Below are positions 61,900 through 64,000 of a stretch of 64,000 nt of DNA, piece after piece (within the stretch, counting starts at the first letter, position 1; the number at the start of each line of letters is the position of its first letter). Source of the DNA: Neoechinorhynchus agilis. Taxonomy: Eukaryota > Animalia > Acanthocephala. The translations under genes and the position numbers were made by a program. Location: assembly GCA_051530055.1 (NCBI GenBank), contig CM121342.1, positions 13,903,480-13,967,479 of the forward strand, written 5' to 3'. The notes under the pieces were generated by a model that searched no databases, had not been told where the DNA came from, and saw only the letters and a program-made list of their open reading frames with translations.

Positions 61900-64000
61900 T
61901 GCTATTCAGTGCGAAATGGAAGCTCTCAAAAATCAGCAGTTGATCGAAGTCAAAAAGTGCAAAGGGAAGAAAGCTAACGGTTCAAAAAGGCAGGCAAAAG
62001 TTTCGAAGGTGAATACTAAGAAACCGACTAAAGATTTACTCAAATCGGATAGTGAAGCGACCACGAAGGAGAATCGGGTTTTGGTAGATTCCATCAGCAT
62101 GCTAAACTCGAATGAAGATTTGTTGGAAACGAATGGTTGTGGAGGAGTATAATATTGTGGTTGGGATAAAAAGTAACGATAGGAAAAACGAAAGCGATCC
62201 AGCTGAAGTAATTACCATGAAAGCTACGGTCGAACAAAAGGTCGAAATAACACCTGAACGATTAGAAACAAGAGCAAAAGGAGGAAATCCGTCAAAATCA
62301 ATCAACCCTTCGATTTATTTCGGTAATGATACGCCTTCTCCACCCAGGTCATCATCCCTCGTTGTTCTGAATTCGCCCCATCGCAACATGCGCTCCTACA
62401 TCGAGGATAGAAATCGCAACATATTTATTTCTGGTATACCGGAAGCCCCTGTTACAAATCCTATCGCCGCTGATGCACACAACCGCCTGCCGAGATTGCC
62501 AATCTTCAACCGCAACTTTCGGTGCTGTGCGAACGAGTCAATGAAGTATCTTAACACGATGCTCTATTCCTGATCAAGAACACTCTCTTCATTCCAAAAC
62601 TGCTGTATAAGCTGCGCACAGTACCTTTCTGTAGACACAAGAAAAGCTGGCAAAATTAGACGATACTGTAAAAGCCTCTCTCGATAAAATTTTAAATATT
62701 CAGCTGTCAGAGGAGGCCTAGCGTCAAGCGTCCTTGCCTGTGTCGTCCGGCGGTTTGGTACCCTAAATGCAGTAGACATTTCTCTGCCAGCTTATTTAGG
62801 GTCTAATGAAGCAAGGCGCAAAATTGTTCAGTGTTTTCTTGGCGAGGATTATAGGTTGGATGGAGATTTAAATCATCAGTTATGCGCATTCCTTCAAAAA
62901 TCCCTTTAGTCCGAGACAACGTTTCCTCAAGGTAACTTTTATTTCACCACTCGCAGCCTCCTTTCTTAACAGGAGATACAAACTTCTCACATCACACTTT
63001 CTTTTCGTCTCATCACAAAATCTTTCCACCGGCCCTCCATACTCAACCCAGAACTCATCTTCCCGTGTAACCCGTCAATCTTATCAAAAACCCGCGAACA
63101 TCTCCCGCATTCCAAAAAATGGAGAATAAGCGACTTCCCATTTTTTTGATTACGTGGAACAACACCGGTGCCCGAACAACCACAAAGGTCAATCTACTAG
63201 TCCTTCCACATTAAATACTCTTTTTTTCCCGAACCAAGTAAATAATTATCTCTCTACCCCTACTCAAAATCACCATAAATCGGCCCATCCAAACGTAGCT
63301 GATCCATGCGAAGTCCCAACCCTAAACTCATTTCTATCATTACCATTCACTCATACCAACTCAAATTTTCGAGTCGCCCCCGAACTTCTCTCTCTGGGAT
63401 AATCAATCGTTCTCTGTCGGCATCCCGTAACGATTCCTCCCTTAACATACCACCCGCAACGAACAATGCAACCCCAATCTCAGTCACTTCCTTCCTCGAT
63501 ATCCCGAAATCCAAAATTCCCTTCCCCACCGTTTTCTACTCCAATACTCGTAGCCTCCTTCCTAAACTCGATGAAATTTCAATCATTTCATCTACATCAA
63601 AAGTCAACGTAGTCATCTTAACAGAAACGTGGCTTACCAACTTAAACAGCGATTCATCCATCCTTCCTGGGTACTCTTCCTTCCAAACATGCCGCGATGA
63701 CCGTCTAGGGGGTCTCAGTTTACGTACGACAATCGCTACTTTACTCTTTATGTCTCACAGACTCTCTCCAAAACTCCGATTTAAAATTCATCGCAGTTCA
63801 TTTCATAGCTCCTCTGAGAAACGACCTTAGAGAATTCACCATTGCTGACGTCTATCGCCCTCCGGCCTCCCGACCTGAGTCCTGCTTGCTCCAAATTGAC
63901 TGTATGATGGAGCTCATAAACTCCACAAATTCTCACCATTTCTTAATTGCAGGGGACTTCAATAATCTATTTCCTCTCCTACCCTTCTCCGAGTTGCGTC
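61900..64000 (+). mobile_element. Degenerate CR1/L2-type LINE (ORF1-like pieces and AP endonuclease), running off the window
   Basis: EDRNRNIFISGIPE (ORF1-like); YSNTRSLLPKLDE, LTETWL, RDDRLGG, VYRPP and AGDFN (APE). Frameshifted. Confidence 0.8.
62500..62830 (+). pseudogene. CRE-like RT C-terminal fragment nested in the LINE region
   Basis: LIKNTLFIPKLLYKLRTVPF, similar to FLIKNALFMPKLLYKVRTATF at about 58880. Confidence 0.7.

Noticed and set aside
25708-63529. Numerous short antisense or overlapping ORFs in the track
   Set aside because: They lie opposite real CDSs or transposon ORFs, or inside repeats, and show no recognisable motifs.

Overview
Eukaryotic, AT-rich, metazoan-like DNA; protein comparisons to orthologs are from memory, not from a search. 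Layout: (1) 1-24.8 kb, about 80 copies of a 309-bp tandem repeat, homogeneous on the left and decaying on the right; (2) 24.8-30.1 kb, transposon debris plus a CRE-like RT/RLE retrotransposon inserted with a 5' inversion and a 14-bp target-site duplication; (3) 30.4-49.1 kb, a compact gene block: an unknown ORF, RRP12, REV3L (Pol zeta), RBM28 and ALIX/PDCD6IP; (4) 49.4-55.9 kb, a 143-bp satellite interrupted by a defective Ty3/Gypsy element; (5) 56-64 kb, Gypsy, CRE, Penelope-like and CR1/L2-like remnants, including hammerhead ribozyme motifs. Most interesting: six interruptions of the conserved genes are bracketed by intron-specific 12-16 bp inverted repeats, each with an AG at or just before the 5' arm. 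They may be non-canonical AG/AC- or AG/AT-type introns as known from Fritillaria, or canonical introns whose ends base-pair. In addition, every gene has a splice acceptor 0-4 nt before its ATG, suggesting trans-splicing, and the 309-bp unit carries an SL-RNA/snRNA-like arrangement on its minus strand (speculative). No prokaryotic features or CRISPR arrays were seen.
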